Assembly (NCBI GenBank): GCA_020632595.1
Contig: JACKFF010000006.1
Span: forward strand, 1,460-65,459
Origin: Nitrospiraceae bacterium
GTDB taxonomy: Bacteria > Nitrospirota > Nitrospiria > Nitrospirales > UBA8639
Reading direction: 5' to 3'
DNA length: 64,000 nucleotides
Every line of letters begins with the position of its first letter. The first letter of the stretch is position 1. A model generated the notes under the pieces. The model did no database searches. It was given only the letters and a program-made list of their open reading frames with translations, and was not told the origin of the DNA. Both the position numbers and the translations under genes were made by a program. Below, piece after piece: positions 29,606-39,365 of this stretch.

Positions 29606-30448
29606 ATGTGGAAAAAAATGCCTGTTCAGCCTATGCATGATCTTGACCATCCACCCAACAATGCTGCTTTCAATATGGCTCGGGGTGAAAGTCTGCCGAG
29701 GATCGAAAGGAATAAGGAGGGGGCGGGAGCCATGAAGCATCTTTTAATCTCACACTATACGCCTCACAGCTTCCGTTTCCCGTTTCACGCTTCAGAGGCC
29801 CAGGAACGCGGCCGGCGGCAATTTTCAACACTTCTGAATAGAACAATGTTGCCTAGTCGAACACTCATTGTCTGGTGGGTGTTGGCCATGATCCTGTGGG
29901 CCACCACGGTCGGATCCGTTCAAGAAACCCCGGAGGTGGGAACAACGGATTCATTTGAAAATCAAGCAGTTGAAAAGCGGTTGAATGAGGAAGCGCCCAG
30001 TGCAGAAATTACATTATTGGAACAATTGCAGGCGCGTCTCAAAGAGGTGGAAGAGAGGGAACGTGGTTTGCAACTACGTGAAGAACGGCTCATGGCACTC
30101 CAGCAGGATTTAGAGGCGCTGGCTGCACGACAAACCAAAGAGGGTAAACGGCTAGAGGGGGAGGCCTCTTCGCTTGCAGAAGAACAACGTCGATATGTGG
30201 AACAGGATCCGGCGTTAATTCATTTAATTAAAATCTATGAATCCATGGATCCCGAAGAAGCGGCCTTGCGAATCGCAGAAATGCGGGAAGGCTTAGCCCT
30301 GGATATTTTGGCCGCCATCAAAGATAAAAAGGCCGCCGGCGTGTTAGCGGGCGTTGAACCCGTCAAAGCGGCCCGATTATCAGAAGGCCTCAGGCGATAT
30401 CGAGACATTAAATTGAACCAACGTAAGAACTCCAAGATGCAGAATTAA
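29606..30448 (+). CDS. MotE/FlbB-like flagellar protein (MgtE_N-type C-terminal domain)
   Basis: TM segment (LIVWWVLAMILWATT), a coiled coil, then IYESMDPEEAALRIAEM...AAIKDKKAAGVL. The start is uncertain; ATG 29732, preceded by AAGGAGG, is an alternative. Confidence 0.55.
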   Translation: MWKKMPVQPMHDLDHPPNNAAFNMARGESLPRIERNKEGAGAMKHLLISHYTPHSFRFPFHASEAQERGRRQFSTLLNRTMLPSRTLIVWWVLAMILWATTVGSVQETPEVGTTDSFENQAVEKRLNEEAPSAEITLLEQLQARLKEVEERERGLQLREERLMALQQDLEALAARQTKEGKRLEGEASSLAEEQRRYVEQDPALIHLIKIYESMDPEEAALRIAEMREGLALDILAAIKDKKAAGVLAGVEPVKAARLSEGLRRYRDIKLNQRKNSKMQN

Positions 30449-30451
30449 ACG

Positions 30452-32032
30452 ATGATGAATGCCGTGCCATTCCTTTTCGGACCTCTGGACAGTCCCCCAC
30501 ATATGACCGGTCAGGCCGGTGGAGTGAGGCTGGATCAGGGGAAGACTCCGGAAAACCCTTCCAATAATTCGTTCACCAAAATTTTTCGTAGCCAGACGGC
30601 CGCGGGCTCTTTACTGAATAGTGTATCCACGACGAGGTCAGGGGAGGATGGAGGACGAGGGTTGAACCTTGATTGGCTTGTCGGCACTCAGGCTGTATCG
30701 GGTGACACCCTCCCGTTCCTGTATCTGGCGAACCTTTTGGAGAACAATGGGCAAGGGGGACTCGAAGAAGGTGCCGTAGTGGGAAAACCTTCGATTCCCT
30801 TGAGGGCAGAAGGCGTAAATGGAAACAGCACAGGGGCTCAGGTGGAGAGCCAAACGGCGCTGTTCGGACTCTTGCCCGGGGATGGATCTCAGGATGGGTC
30901 GGTGGTCAATGCGGTTGTGACGCCCCAGGCATTCCTCCACGGAAAACCCGGAGGAGAGATAGGACAACCTGCGGTATTCGGCAGTCAGGCAGGCTTGCCC
31001 CTCTTGGCGGGCGCCTCTTCAAGTCAGACAGCAGTGGTGGGGAGCACGCCCGCCGGTCAGAGTGCGGCTCCTCTCGTTACCAAGGTCGATGCGGAACGGG
31101 GCCTCCAAAATGCCATGGCAGCGGTTGCTGGGAAGTCGGTAACAGAATCTCACGCGAATCAGCTGAATACAGTGGACCGCGCCTTGAGCCCTGTTCAAGA
31201 TACTGGGCCTCGTTTGCTGCAAATTCCTCCATCACCGATAGGGCCTCAGCAGGAGTCAGTCAAGCTTGCGAACACTCCAGTCAATCAGGCGTTCCCGGTT
31301 CTAGAACCTTTTGAAGAAACGCCCGCAGGTATTGCCGATGCGGCTCAATTGAGTCAGAACCGATTGAAATATGTGAGCGGGGTTTCGTCCGTTCTGAGTG
31401 AATCGCCCGCGAACGGGAAGGAAGTCTTGATCGGGATTCCCCCAGACCTTCTTGGTGATCCCAATGTGGCATTGTCAGGCGATCGTTCAAGAGATGGTCT
31501 TGAGGCAACAGGGAAAGCCGAGGGAGTCGATCCCAATTCCGGACAGGGGCTCAGTAATGGCCTGGGCAATCCAACCCATTCTCAGTCAGGCTTTCAGCAG
31601 TCCTCGTCCTCTTCCTCACCTGGCTCGACTGCACGGATGGCGGAAGAGCGTGTCCCGGATCTTCCCGGCCCCGCGCTTCAACGCCTCCAAATGGAGGTGC
31701 AACTTTCCGAAACCAATCGAGTGCAGATTGAGGTGGGCGTGCAGCACCGGCAGGTCTATGCCAGCTTGTTAATGGATCAAGCCACTTTGAAAAATCTGGC
31801 GATCCAATTTGTTCCACAATTGGAAGAGCAACTGACCCAGGGCGAGATGGAGTTGCAGGAATTTTCCGCGGAAGTCCGCGATCACCAGAATGGTCAGGAA
31901 TCAGACACACGTTCGGATGGGGCGGGAACGCAAGCGAGCCATCGGGGTATGCCTTCCCTCCGTCAAACACCAGGCTCGCTCTCCCATAGGGCCGGGCGGG
32001 CTGAGGAACAGGGATTCCACTTGGTGGCGTAA
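30452..32032 (+). CDS. fliK: flagellar hook-length control protein FliK
   Basis: Long low-complexity Pro/Ser/Gly/Gln-rich N-terminus and a C-terminal Flg_hook-like block (LQMEVQLSETNRVQIEVGVQHRQVYASLLMDQ...). Sits before flgD. Confidence 0.7.
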   Translation: MMNAVPFLFGPLDSPPHMTGQAGGVRLDQGKTPENPSNNSFTKIFRSQTAAGSLLNSVSTTRSGEDGGRGLNLDWLVGTQAVSGDTLPFLYLANLLENNGQGGLEEGAVVGKPSIPLRAEGVNGNSTGAQVESQTALFGLLPGDGSQDGSVVNAVVTPQAFLHGKPGGEIGQPAVFGSQAGLPLLAGASSSQTAVVGSTPAGQSAAPLVTKVDAERGLQNAMAAVAGKSVTESHANQLNTVDRALSPVQDTGPRLLQIPPSPIGPQQESVKLANTPVNQAFPVLEPFEETPAGIADAAQLSQNRLKYVSGVSSVLSESPANGKEVLIGIPPDLLGDPNVALSGDRSRDGLEATGKAEGVDPNSGQGLSNGLGNPTHSQSGFQQSSSSSSPGSTARMAEERVPDLPGPALQRLQMEVQLSETNRVQIEVGVQHRQVYASLLMDQATLKNLAIQFVPQLEEQLTQGEMELQEFSAEVRDHQNGQESDTRSDGAGTQASHRGMPSLRQTPGSLSHRAGRAEEQGFHLVA

Positions 32033-32090
32033 AGAAGATGCCATGATGCCCTCGTGTAAAGAAGGTTGGAAAAAATAGGAGCCTGACATT

Positions 32091-32759
32091 ATGGAAGTTA
32101 CGCCGACACAATCAGGAACGAATGCCACGGCCACAGGCGGTGCCAATGTGCAGGCGGCGGTTTCGGCCCTTGGCTCGGATGTCTTTCTTCGCTTGTTAGT
32201 CACGCAGTTGCAAAGCCAGGATCCCACCAACCCGGTCCAAAATGAGGATTTTGTGGCGCAGTTGGCGCAGTTCACCACCCTGGAGCAGGCTACGAGTACG
32301 AATAAACTCCTGGAAAAATTGATCGGCCAGGATACCCAACGGACACAATTAGATCTGGTGAATTTGATTGGACGGACGGTCGTTACGCAGGGCGATACCA
32401 TCAGTATTGCCGGGGATGAACAGCCCACGCTGAGCTTTGCCTTAAGCGGAGAGGCCAGGTCGGTCATCATCAAGGTGTTGGACTCGGACCAGCACGTGGT
32501 CCGGACATTGGAGTCCACAGATGTTCAAAAGGCCGGGACCAATCAGGTTCAATGGGATGGGTTGAATGATTCGGGGGACCGGGTGCCGGAAGGCGTCTAC
32601 CAGTTCATTGTGAAGGCCGAAGACGCCAATAAACAGCCTGTCCCGAATTTCACGTTCGCTCGTGAACGCGTTATGACGATTGCCTTTGGAGCGGAGAGTC
32701 CGGTCGTCCTGCAAAGTGGAAAAAGCTTACACACAGAGGACATTCTTTCAATTCTTTGA
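32091..32759 (+). CDS. flgD: flagellar hook capping protein FlgD
   Basis: FLRLLVTQLQSQDPTNPVQNEDFVAQLAQFTTLEQ plus a FlgD Ig-like C-terminus (VQWDGLNDSGDRVPEGVY). Confidence 0.9.
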   Translation: MEVTPTQSGTNATATGGANVQAAVSALGSDVFLRLLVTQLQSQDPTNPVQNEDFVAQLAQFTTLEQATSTNKLLEKLIGQDTQRTQLDLVNLIGRTVVTQGDTISIAGDEQPTLSFALSGEARSVIIKVLDSDQHVVRTLESTDVQKAGTNQVQWDGLNDSGDRVPEGVYQFIVKAEDANKQPVPNFTFARERVMTIAFGAESPVVLQSGKSLHTEDILSIL

Positions 32760-32823
32760 AGTGAACGGTGGTAGGGAAAAACAGCATCAGATAGGTCAAT
32801 CGAGAAACAAGGAGTACACGCCA

Positions 32824-34164
32824 ATGGGAATTACCTCAGCATTTTTTGCCGCGACAAGTGGAATTAACGCGACCAGCCGGGCGCTCAGTGAGATTGGGAA
32901 CAATATCGCTAATGCGCAAACAATCGGCTATAAGAGCCGGTCGGTCTCGTTTGGTGATCTCTTTGGAGCCACGATAGGCGGTGGAGGGACGAGCACGGCT
33001 TTAGTGGAAGGTCGTGGTGTGCGGGTGTTGGGAATCGATCCGAGCTTTACGCAAGGATCGCTTCAGACAACGTCCAATGCCTTGGACCTGGCCATTGATG
33101 GTGACGGATTTTTTCGGGTGAGTGATGCCACCGGAAATATTTTCTACTCCCGTGCTGGCCAGTTTGATATCGATTCACAAGGAAACCTGGTCAATCCAGC
33201 CGGTCTACGGTTACAGGGAGACCAAGCGGATGATACGGGACTTCTAACCGGGAGTATTGGCAATTTAACGTTAACCACCAGCACTCAACCAGGGGTCCAA
33301 ACATCGGAGATCACGATGTCTGGACGTCTGGCAGCCAATGCTCCAATCAACGCATACACCACGGCACAGGTTCTCGATCCTCAATCCAATAGTGGGTTGT
33401 TTCCAGGAAGTACCTCTGTTCGGGTTTTTGACTCTCAGGGGACGGGGCATGACTTAACGGTGTATTTTGCTAAAACAGCTAATAATACTTGGGATTATAA
33501 TGTGATTGCACCAGACTCGGAGGTGACCGTCCCAGTCGGAGATAACAATCCCACTACAGGCAATGCCTTAGTGGCCCAGGGAACTCTGACTTATACCACG
33601 GACGGATTTCTGTCATCAGAAAGTGATCCTACGGGGCATGACATTACATTTACGGGTGGAGTTGGCGCGCCACAGAGAATCATTTTTGATTTTGGGACCA
33701 GTATTACCGAAGGGGGAGCTGGAACAGATGGCCTATTACAACAGGGTGAGAGTTTGAATAACAAGGCGTTGATTCTCGACACCCTATCTCAAGACGGGTA
33801 TGGCCCGGGATCACTTGCGGGAACTTCCATTGGTGAGGATGGGGTGATCACAGGCCGATTCGATAATGGAACCACCCGGACATTGGGACAGGTTCGACTC
33901 ACCCGGTTTATTAATCCTGATGGCTTGCAACCGATTGGACGAAATTTGTTTATTCAATCCGGTGATTCAGGAACACCCTTGGACGGGGTGCCTGGCACGG
34001 GGGCATTTGGCAAGGTATCGGCAAGCACGCTTGAAGCATCCAATGTGGATTTAGGTGAAGAATTAGTCAATATGATTACCATGCAGCGTGGCTTTCAGGC
34101 GAATTCACGAATCATCACCACCACCAACGATCTACTTGGAGAACTGGTGAATCTGGCCCGTTAG
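32824..34164 (+). CDS. flgE: flagellar hook protein FlgE
   Basis: N-terminus ALSEIGNNIANAQTIGYK and C-terminus LEASNVDLGEELVNMITMQRGFQANSR. ATG 32824 was chosen; the ORF-track start overlaps flgD. Confidence 0.9.
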   Translation: MGITSAFFAATSGINATSRALSEIGNNIANAQTIGYKSRSVSFGDLFGATIGGGGTSTALVEGRGVRVLGIDPSFTQGSLQTTSNALDLAIDGDGFFRVSDATGNIFYSRAGQFDIDSQGNLVNPAGLRLQGDQADDTGLLTGSIGNLTLTTSTQPGVQTSEITMSGRLAANAPINAYTTAQVLDPQSNSGLFPGSTSVRVFDSQGTGHDLTVYFAKTANNTWDYNVIAPDSEVTVPVGDNNPTTGNALVAQGTLTYTTDGFLSSESDPTGHDITFTGGVGAPQRIIFDFGTSITEGGAGTDGLLQQGESLNNKALILDTLSQDGYGPGSLAGTSIGEDGVITGRFDNGTTRTLGQVRLTRFINPDGLQPIGRNLFIQSGDSGTPLDGVPGTGAFGKVSASTLEASNVDLGEELVNMITMQRGFQANSRIITTTNDLLGELVNLAR

Positions 34165-34192
34165 ATGCTGGCCGAGCAGGTGATTGCTCAAG

Positions 34193-34226
34193 CCCCCAGG
34201 CAGGTGTTCCTGCCTGGGGGCTTTTT
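34193..34226 (+). terminator. rho-independent terminator after flgE
   Basis: Perfect 12-bp stem CCCCCAGGCAGG / CCTGCCTGGGGG with a 4-nt loop, followed by CTTTTT. Confidence 0.85.
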
Positions 34227-34266
34227 CGTTCCTTAGTAGAAGGTTGAATAATCATGTCTCCTGAAC

Positions 34267-34436
34267 CATGAGGGGTAAGGCGTGAACCGAAAAATTTCGT
34301 TTCTTGCTCATGGCTCTTCGCGCTTCACATGTTCAGCATCCACGAGGAAAGATGCCCGTTGAACAATGTCATTCATGACGGAACAATTCTCGATCCCTGT
34401 TTTATTCCTCATGTCTGACCTCCCTCCCTTTACGAC
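34267..34436 (+). repeat. intergenic hairpin-family sequences downstream of the flgE terminator
   Basis: CATGAGGGGTAAGGCGTGAA ... CTTCGCGCTTCACATG, and further on CTGACCTCCCTCCCTTTAC. Confidence 0.4.
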
Positions 34437-34622
34437 TTAGCGTCTCAGGTTCCCATAGACGGACCTGTCAAAGGTTCCCGCGAATTGCCAGGAAAATGAC
34501 GAAAAGGAAGGTCTCATGTTGTTGCAGAGCCCAAGAGATGTCAGGCGCGACTGCGGAGGAAACATATGCAGATTCAGTGTATTCCAGGATTAGCCGCAGC
34601 GTGTCTACGTAGAAACGTGGAG

Positions 34623-34637
34623 TGGCACAAAGGTTGC
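34623..34637 (+). promoter_or_regulatory. sigma54 (-24/-12) promoter for fliL operon
   Basis: TGGCAC-N5(AAAGG)-TTGC, an exact consensus, 58 nt upstream of the fliL ATG (34695). Confidence 0.7.
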
Positions 34638-34694
34638 TGACTTGGGAGGGGGAACGTGAAGGTCCAAAAATTTTTTAGCGTGTGAGGTTGAAGG

Positions 34695-35189
34695 ATGGCT
34701 GAAGAGGATGACAAAGGGGAAACTCCCGTTAAAGCCGGGGCCGGAAAAAAAATGTTGTTGATTGTTATCGCGGGCGTTCTTCTTCTCGGTGGAGGGGGAG
34801 GCGCAGCCTGGTATTTTATGAGTGGCCAGGAGGAGAAGCCGGCTGTGTCCGATGAGCATGCCAAAGCCGAGACCGTTCATGAAGAGCCCGGGCCGGTGAT
34901 GGAGTTAGAGCCCTTTCTTCTAAATTTAGCGGATCGGGAGGAGCTGCGATTTTTAAAAGTAAGCATTAAACTCGAGTTGGACCGGCCTGAAGAAAAAACG
35001 GATTATCAACACAAAATCCCGGCCATTCGCGACGCGTTGCTGGTGTTACTGAGTAGCAAAGAGTCGCAATTACTCAGAACAGTGAACGGGAAGCGCCGGG
35101 TGCGAGAAGAAATTATGACGCGGGTGAACGGCGTCATGAGTAAAGGGAAAGTGGCCAATGTGTATTTTACTGATTTTATTATTCAGTAG
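34695..35189 (+). CDS. fliL: flagellar basal body-associated protein FliL
   Basis: Single TM (LLIVIAGVLLLGGGG) and the FLLNLAD...FLKVSIKLEL...VYFTDFIIQ FliL signature. Confidence 0.85.
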   Translation: MAEEDDKGETPVKAGAGKKMLLIVIAGVLLLGGGGGAAWYFMSGQEEKPAVSDEHAKAETVHEEPGPVMELEPFLLNLADREELRFLKVSIKLELDRPEEKTDYQHKIPAIRDALLVLLSSKESQLLRTVNGKRRVREEIMTRVNGVMSKGKVANVYFTDFIIQ

Positions 35190-35281
35190 GGCCTGAGGAG
35201 AAAGACGGAAGAGTCCGGAGTCAGGAATCAGAAAGAGGAGAGAAGAGGCAGCAGGGCTGTTTCTTTGTGCCGCGTCCCAAC

Positions 35282-36271
35282 ATGGAAAAAATTCTTAGTC
35301 AGGATGAAGTTGATGCCCTCCTACGGGGCGTGTCCGACGGCGGCGTGGATACGGAACCTGAAGACCCGGTAGGTGCCGAGCTACAGGATGGACCGGTTCC
35401 GTATGATTTGGGAAATCAGGAATGGGTCGTTCGCGGGCGAATGCCGACCCTGGATGTGATCCATCAGCAATTTTCGCGTGGGTTCCGCCTCTCTTTAAGT
35501 GACGTACTTCGAAAAACCGCCGAGGTGACGGTCACGAACCAAACGGTAATGAAGTTCGGAGAGTTCACCAAACGTCTTCCCATCCCGGCCTACCTCCAGA
35601 TTATCTCCATGGAGCCTCTTCGCGGCTTAGCGATGATCGCCACGGATGCGGCGACGGTGTATTTGCTGGTTGATCATTTTTTCGGGGGAGCCGGCCAGAC
35701 CCATGTGAAACCGGAAGGGCAGGATTTTACCATCATTGAGCAGCGCGTGATGAAGAAGGTCATGCTGATGGGATTGGGGAATCTTCAAAAAGCCTGGGAC
35801 CCTGTCCAAAAACTTCTCATCAATGCGGTTCGTGTAGAAATGAATCCTCAGTTGGCGGCCATTGTGTTGCCGGCGGATATCGTCATTGTGGTCACCTTGG
35901 GCATCGAATTAGGCAATTCGGTAGGGGATCTCCATCTCTGTCTGCCCTATGCGATGTTGGAACCGATTCGAGAACGTCTGCAGGTGAGTTTCCAGGGAGA
36001 CTCGTTTGAAACGGATCATGGATGGTTGAAACGATTTTCAGCCAGGCTGAAGGAGGCCTATGTCACCCTGTCCGTGTGTTTGGGAGAAACGGAAATCTCG
36101 GTGGAGGAATTGATGCAATTTTCACCGGGAGATGTGGTCACGTTGAATCAAGGGACCACCCAGCTGCTTACAGCCACGGTGGAAGGGGTGCCAAAGTTTC
36201 TTGGTTCACCGGGAACGACAAAGGGCATGCAATCATTTCAGATTAAGGACATCATTCTGACGAGGGAGTAA
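35282..36271 (+). CDS. fliM: flagellar motor switch protein FliM
   Basis: N-terminal CheY-P binding peptide ILSQDEVDALL. A GTG at 35267 is an alternative start. Confidence 0.9.
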   Translation: MEKILSQDEVDALLRGVSDGGVDTEPEDPVGAELQDGPVPYDLGNQEWVVRGRMPTLDVIHQQFSRGFRLSLSDVLRKTAEVTVTNQTVMKFGEFTKRLPIPAYLQIISMEPLRGLAMIATDAATVYLLVDHFFGGAGQTHVKPEGQDFTIIEQRVMKKVMLMGLGNLQKAWDPVQKLLINAVRVEMNPQLAAIVLPADIVIVVTLGIELGNSVGDLHLCLPYAMLEPIRERLQVSFQGDSFETDHGWLKRFSARLKEAYVTLSVCLGETEISVEELMQFSPGDVVTLNQGTTQLLTATVEGVPKFLGSPGTTKGMQSFQIKDIILTRE

Positions 36272-36334
36272 GACCCGGTGAACGGGATTAGGTGCCGGCC
36301 AGTTACTGATTGTGGAAAAACCCGGAGATGAACG

Positions 36335-36760
36335 ATGAGTGAAGAGGACAACATCGACATGGACACGTTTGATGCTGAGAAGGAAATGATGGAGGCGTTA
36401 GCGCAGGAAGCCGCTGCGAAAGAGCAGAACGCTGCCGCGAAAAAACAGGAGGTGGCGGCGAGTACCAGCAGTCACCCGCCACAATTAAATACGTCTCACG
36501 ATCAGAACTTAAATCGTATCCTGGATATTCCGTTGGTGCTCTCGGCGCAATTGGGCAATACTCGCATGCTGATTAAGGACTTATTGCAGTTAGGACCGGG
36601 TTCCATTGTTGAATTGGATAAACTCGCCGGTGAACCGTTGGAAGTGTTGGTGAATGAACGGTTAGTCGCTCGTGGTGAGGTGGTGATGGTCAACGAAAAA
36701 TTCGGCATCCGTCTCACCGATGTGATTAGCCCGACCGAGCGTGTGAATAAACTTCGATAA
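36335..36760 (+). CDS. fliN: flagellar motor switch protein FliN
   Basis: SpoA-type C-terminus LDIPLVLSAQLG...GSIVELDKLAGEPLEVLVNERLVARGEVVMVNEKFGIRL. Confidence 0.9.
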   Translation: MSEEDNIDMDTFDAEKEMMEALAQEAAAKEQNAAAKKQEVAASTSSHPPQLNTSHDQNLNRILDIPLVLSAQLGNTRMLIKDLLQLGPGSIVELDKLAGEPLEVLVNERLVARGEVVMVNEKFGIRLTDVISPTERVNKLR

Positions 36761-36768
36761 AAACCTAA

Positions 36769-36877
36769 GAGGTGAGGAATGAGGAGTAATGTGTGAGGAG
36801 TAGGATAAAAAAGGAATATGGTCCAAGACGATGGAGGAATCCGTTGTCCTTCCTCCTCATTGTTCACTCCTTACTTT
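36769..36877 (+). repeat. intergenic hairpin element (fliN/fliO spacer)
   Basis: Purine arm GAGGTGAGGAATGAGGAGTAATGTGTGAGGAGTAGGA; pyrimidine arm GTCCTTCCTCCTCATTGTTCACTCCTTACTTT. Confidence 0.6.
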
Positions 36878-36890
36878 CTAGGAAGACGAT

Positions 36891-37325
36891 ATGGACCTTA
36901 CCCATGAAGCGCTGAAAATGGCGGGCACCCTGGCCCTGGTAGTCCTGGTCCTTCTTGGAGGTTTAGCCTGGGTTCGCCGCGCGTTCGGGGAATTGCCCGG
37001 AAGGAGTGGTGATCCGGTGATGCGCATTTTAGGCGGACTCCGGGTCGGAACGGGAAAGCACATCATGCTCGTGGAGGTGGCCGGAGAGGTGTTGGTGTTG
37101 GGGACGACAGCCCGGGAGATGACGTTGCTGACGACCGTTGCGGATGCCGGCCGGATTGATCGGCTCCGCTCTATAGGGAATCCGCTCGTCGGGCCGCTAG
37201 GCAGCTGGTTGGGACAATGGACCAGGCAGGCATTTGAGAAGTCCGAGCGAGAAGCGGTGACCTCCGGACCGTCCATCCGAATGTCCAAACGCGTTGCACA
37301 GGTGAGGGGAGACGAGAAGTCGTGA
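36891..37325 (+). CDS. fliO: flagellar biosynthesis protein FliO
   Basis: N-terminal TM, then a ...LRVGTGKHIMLVEVAGEVLVLGTT block typical of FliO. GTGA overlap with fliP. Confidence 0.65.
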   Translation: MDLTHEALKMAGTLALVVLVLLGGLAWVRRAFGELPGRSGDPVMRILGGLRVGTGKHIMLVEVAGEVLVLGTTAREMTLLTTVADAGRIDRLRSIGNPLVGPLGSWLGQWTRQAFEKSEREAVTSGPSIRMSKRVAQVRGDEKS

Positions 37326-38101
37326 GACATCCCTTTTGGGGGTTTCGGGGAGGACATGAGTGTTGGCGACTGTTCGGTATGAGTCTGGTCCTGGGGCTGC
37401 CGACCTCGGCTTTTGCCCAGGCCCCCAAGGATCCGGCAATCAGTTTACAGGTATCCGGATTGGACGGAACCGAACCATGGACGTTCGGGCTTCGTATCCT
37501 TTTTCTCCTGACGGCATTAACTCTTGCGCCGGCCCTGTTGATGTTGGTAACGGCATTTACACGCGTCGTGATTGTTCTGGGTCTTCTTCGGCAGGCGTTG
37601 GGGACCATGCATGCACCACCGAATCAGGTGATGATTGGATTGGCCATGTTTTTGACCCTGTTTATTATGATGCCGGTATGGGAGCAGATTCGGGTTGAGG
37701 CTCTTAATCCGCTCTTGGAACAGCAGGTGACACAGGAAGTGGCGCTTGATCGGGCCAAGATTCCGTTAAGAACGTTCATGCTGAAACAAGTACGGGAAAA
37801 GGATTTAACCCTGTTTGTGGAGATGGCGAAAGTTCCTCACCCTCAGACGCCCGATGATGTCCCGTTCCATGTCCTGGTGCCGGCGTTTGTTACCAGTGAA
37901 TTGCGCACCGCGTTTCAAATTGGCTTTCTCATTTATGTGCCTTTTCTTGTCATCGATATGATTGTCGCCAGCATTTTAATGTCCATGGGTATGATGATGC
38001 TGCCACCGATCATGATTTCATTACCGTTTAAATTGGTGTTGTTTGTGTTGGCTGATGGATGGTTTTTGGTCGTGGGAGCGCTGATGAATAGTTTTCAATA
38101 A
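37322..38101 (+). CDS. fliP: flagellar export apparatus protein FliP
   Basis: LTALTLAPALLMLVTAFTRVVIVLGLLRQALG...FLIYVPFLVIDMIVASILMSMGMMMLPP. Confidence 0.9.
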   Translation: MRHPFWGFRGGHECWRLFGMSLVLGLPTSAFAQAPKDPAISLQVSGLDGTEPWTFGLRILFLLTALTLAPALLMLVTAFTRVVIVLGLLRQALGTMHAPPNQVMIGLAMFLTLFIMMPVWEQIRVEALNPLLEQQVTQEVALDRAKIPLRTFMLKQVREKDLTLFVEMAKVPHPQTPDDVPFHVLVPAFVTSELRTAFQIGFLIYVPFLVIDMIVASILMSMGMMMLPPIMISLPFKLVLFVLADGWFLVVGALMNSFQ

Positions 38102-38230
38102 CGTGGGGAGGAAGGCGTAGAGCGTGAGGAGCAAGTAGTAAATAGTAAGAAGTGTATCGAATGCCGGGGGGCAACGATCCGGTTCTTTGTCTGTCTTCTT
38201 CCTGCTCACATTTCACGCCTTACCTTTGAC
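38102..38230 (+). repeat. intergenic hairpin element (fliP/fliQ spacer)
   Basis: 38110-38138 GGAAGGCGTAGAGCGTGAGGAGCAAGTAG against 38195-38225 CTTCTTCCTGCTCACATTTCACGCCTTACC. About 22 of 30 positions pair in a hand alignment. Confidence 0.65.
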
Positions 38231-38261
38231 ATTCCATGGCAAGACTGAAAGGGATAAGGAG

Positions 38262-38531
38262 ATGACAACTGAAAGTGTCCTGAGCATCGGTCAGGAGGCG
38301 ATTCAAACAATCCTGCTTGTGGCGGGCCCAATGTTGGGTCTCAGCCTTCTGGTCGGACTCTGCGTGAGTGCCTTCCAAGCCATGACACAAATTAACGAAA
38401 TGACCCTCACCTTTTTGCCAAAGGTGGCCACTATGTTTGTAGTGCTCTTGGTCACATTTCCCTGGATGGTGGAAATCCTCGTGGGATTCATGACGGGGGT
38501 ATGGGCCAGGATACCCGAGTTTGCCCAATAA
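38262..38531 (+). CDS. fliQ: flagellar export apparatus protein FliQ
   Basis: 89 aa from ATG 38262: LLVAGPMLGLSLLVGLCVSAFQAMTQINEMTLTFLPK. Confidence 0.9.
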   Translation: MTTESVLSIGQEAIQTILLVAGPMLGLSLLVGLCVSAFQAMTQINEMTLTFLPKVATMFVVLLVTFPWMVEILVGFMTGVWARIPEFAQ

Positions 38532-38579
38532 TCGAAGGAGTGGGCCTGCGGCATGAATCAGAAAGATGTCCGGTAACCG

Positions 38580-39365
38580 GTGTTGCAATGGGATATGGCG
38601 ATACAGCAGGTGTGGCAATTTGTGGTTGTGCTCGTGCGCACCGCCGTTATCTTGTCGGCGTTACCGTTGCTGGGGGGCCAGTCCGTACCGAGTCGTATCA
38701 AGATCGGCATGGCGGTGATCATCGCCATCCTGTTGATGCCCATCGTGACGTTTACCCTTCCTCCCAATTGGTTGGAACCTGGAAATCTGGTGATCGTCTT
38801 GGGTGCCGAATTGCTTGTCGGTCTGGTCTTAGGTTTGGCCCTGCGATTACTCATGACCGCGGTGGAACTGGCGGGAAGTGTGATGGGCTTTCAAGTGGGG
38901 TTTGCCATGGCCGGAGTGTTGGACCCTGTCACGCAAGTGGAAACCCCGGTGTTCGGGCAATTACTGACCATTCTGGCCACCCTTCTGTACTTTCAAGTCG
39001 ATGGGCATCATTTGGTGTTGTTGGCGTTGGGCAGTAGTTTTCTGTTGATCCCCCCTTTTGGCGCCCATTTAAGCGCCCCCCTCCTGAGCGATGTGACCCA
39101 AGTGATTCAACGCACCTATGACACGGGGATGAAACTGGCCTTTCCTGTGATGGGGGCCACCTTTTTGGTTCATTTCATCATGGGGATTCTTGGCCGCCTG
39201 GTTCCCCAGATGAATGTGATGCTCACCAGTTTTCCCATTACGATTGCGGTCGGGTTGTTGGTGTTAGGCCTGGGCTTGCCCTTCATCGCCTTGGTTTTTC
39301 AAGACTCCATTGTCGGGATGGAAACGGTCCTGTGGGACTTACTACAGGAATTAGGGCATGGCTGA
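38580..39365 (+). CDS. fliR: flagellar export apparatus protein FliR
   Basis: Polytopic membrane protein in the fliR position. GTG 38580; ATG 38595 is an alternative start. Confidence 0.85.
   Translation: MLQWDMAIQQVWQFVVVLVRTAVILSALPLLGGQSVPSRIKIGMAVIIAILLMPIVTFTLPPNWLEPGNLVIVLGAELLVGLVLGLALRLLMTAVELAGSVMGFQVGFAMAGVLDPVTQVETPVFGQLLTILATLLYFQVDGHHLVLLALGSSFLLIPPFGAHLSAPLLSDVTQVIQRTYDTGMKLAFPVMGATFLVHFIMGILGRLVPQMNVMLTSFPITIAVGLLVLGLGLPFIALVFQDSIVGMETVLWDLLQELGHG

Noticed and set aside
34308-34412. 34-aa minus-strand ORF with an apparently very strong SD (GGGAGGGAGG-N6-ATG)
   Set aside because: The 'SD' is the reverse complement of an anti-SD-like pyrimidine arm (CCTCCCTCCC) of the plus-strand hairpin family, and the peptide has no recognisable features.
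36878-37357. Long antisense ORFs opposite flagellar genes (e.g. 36878..37357, 31901..32518, 25672..26208, 19593..20057)
   Set aside because: All lie opposite genes with strong family signatures, have Arg/Pro/Ser-rich compositions typical of antisense frames, and lack RBS context.
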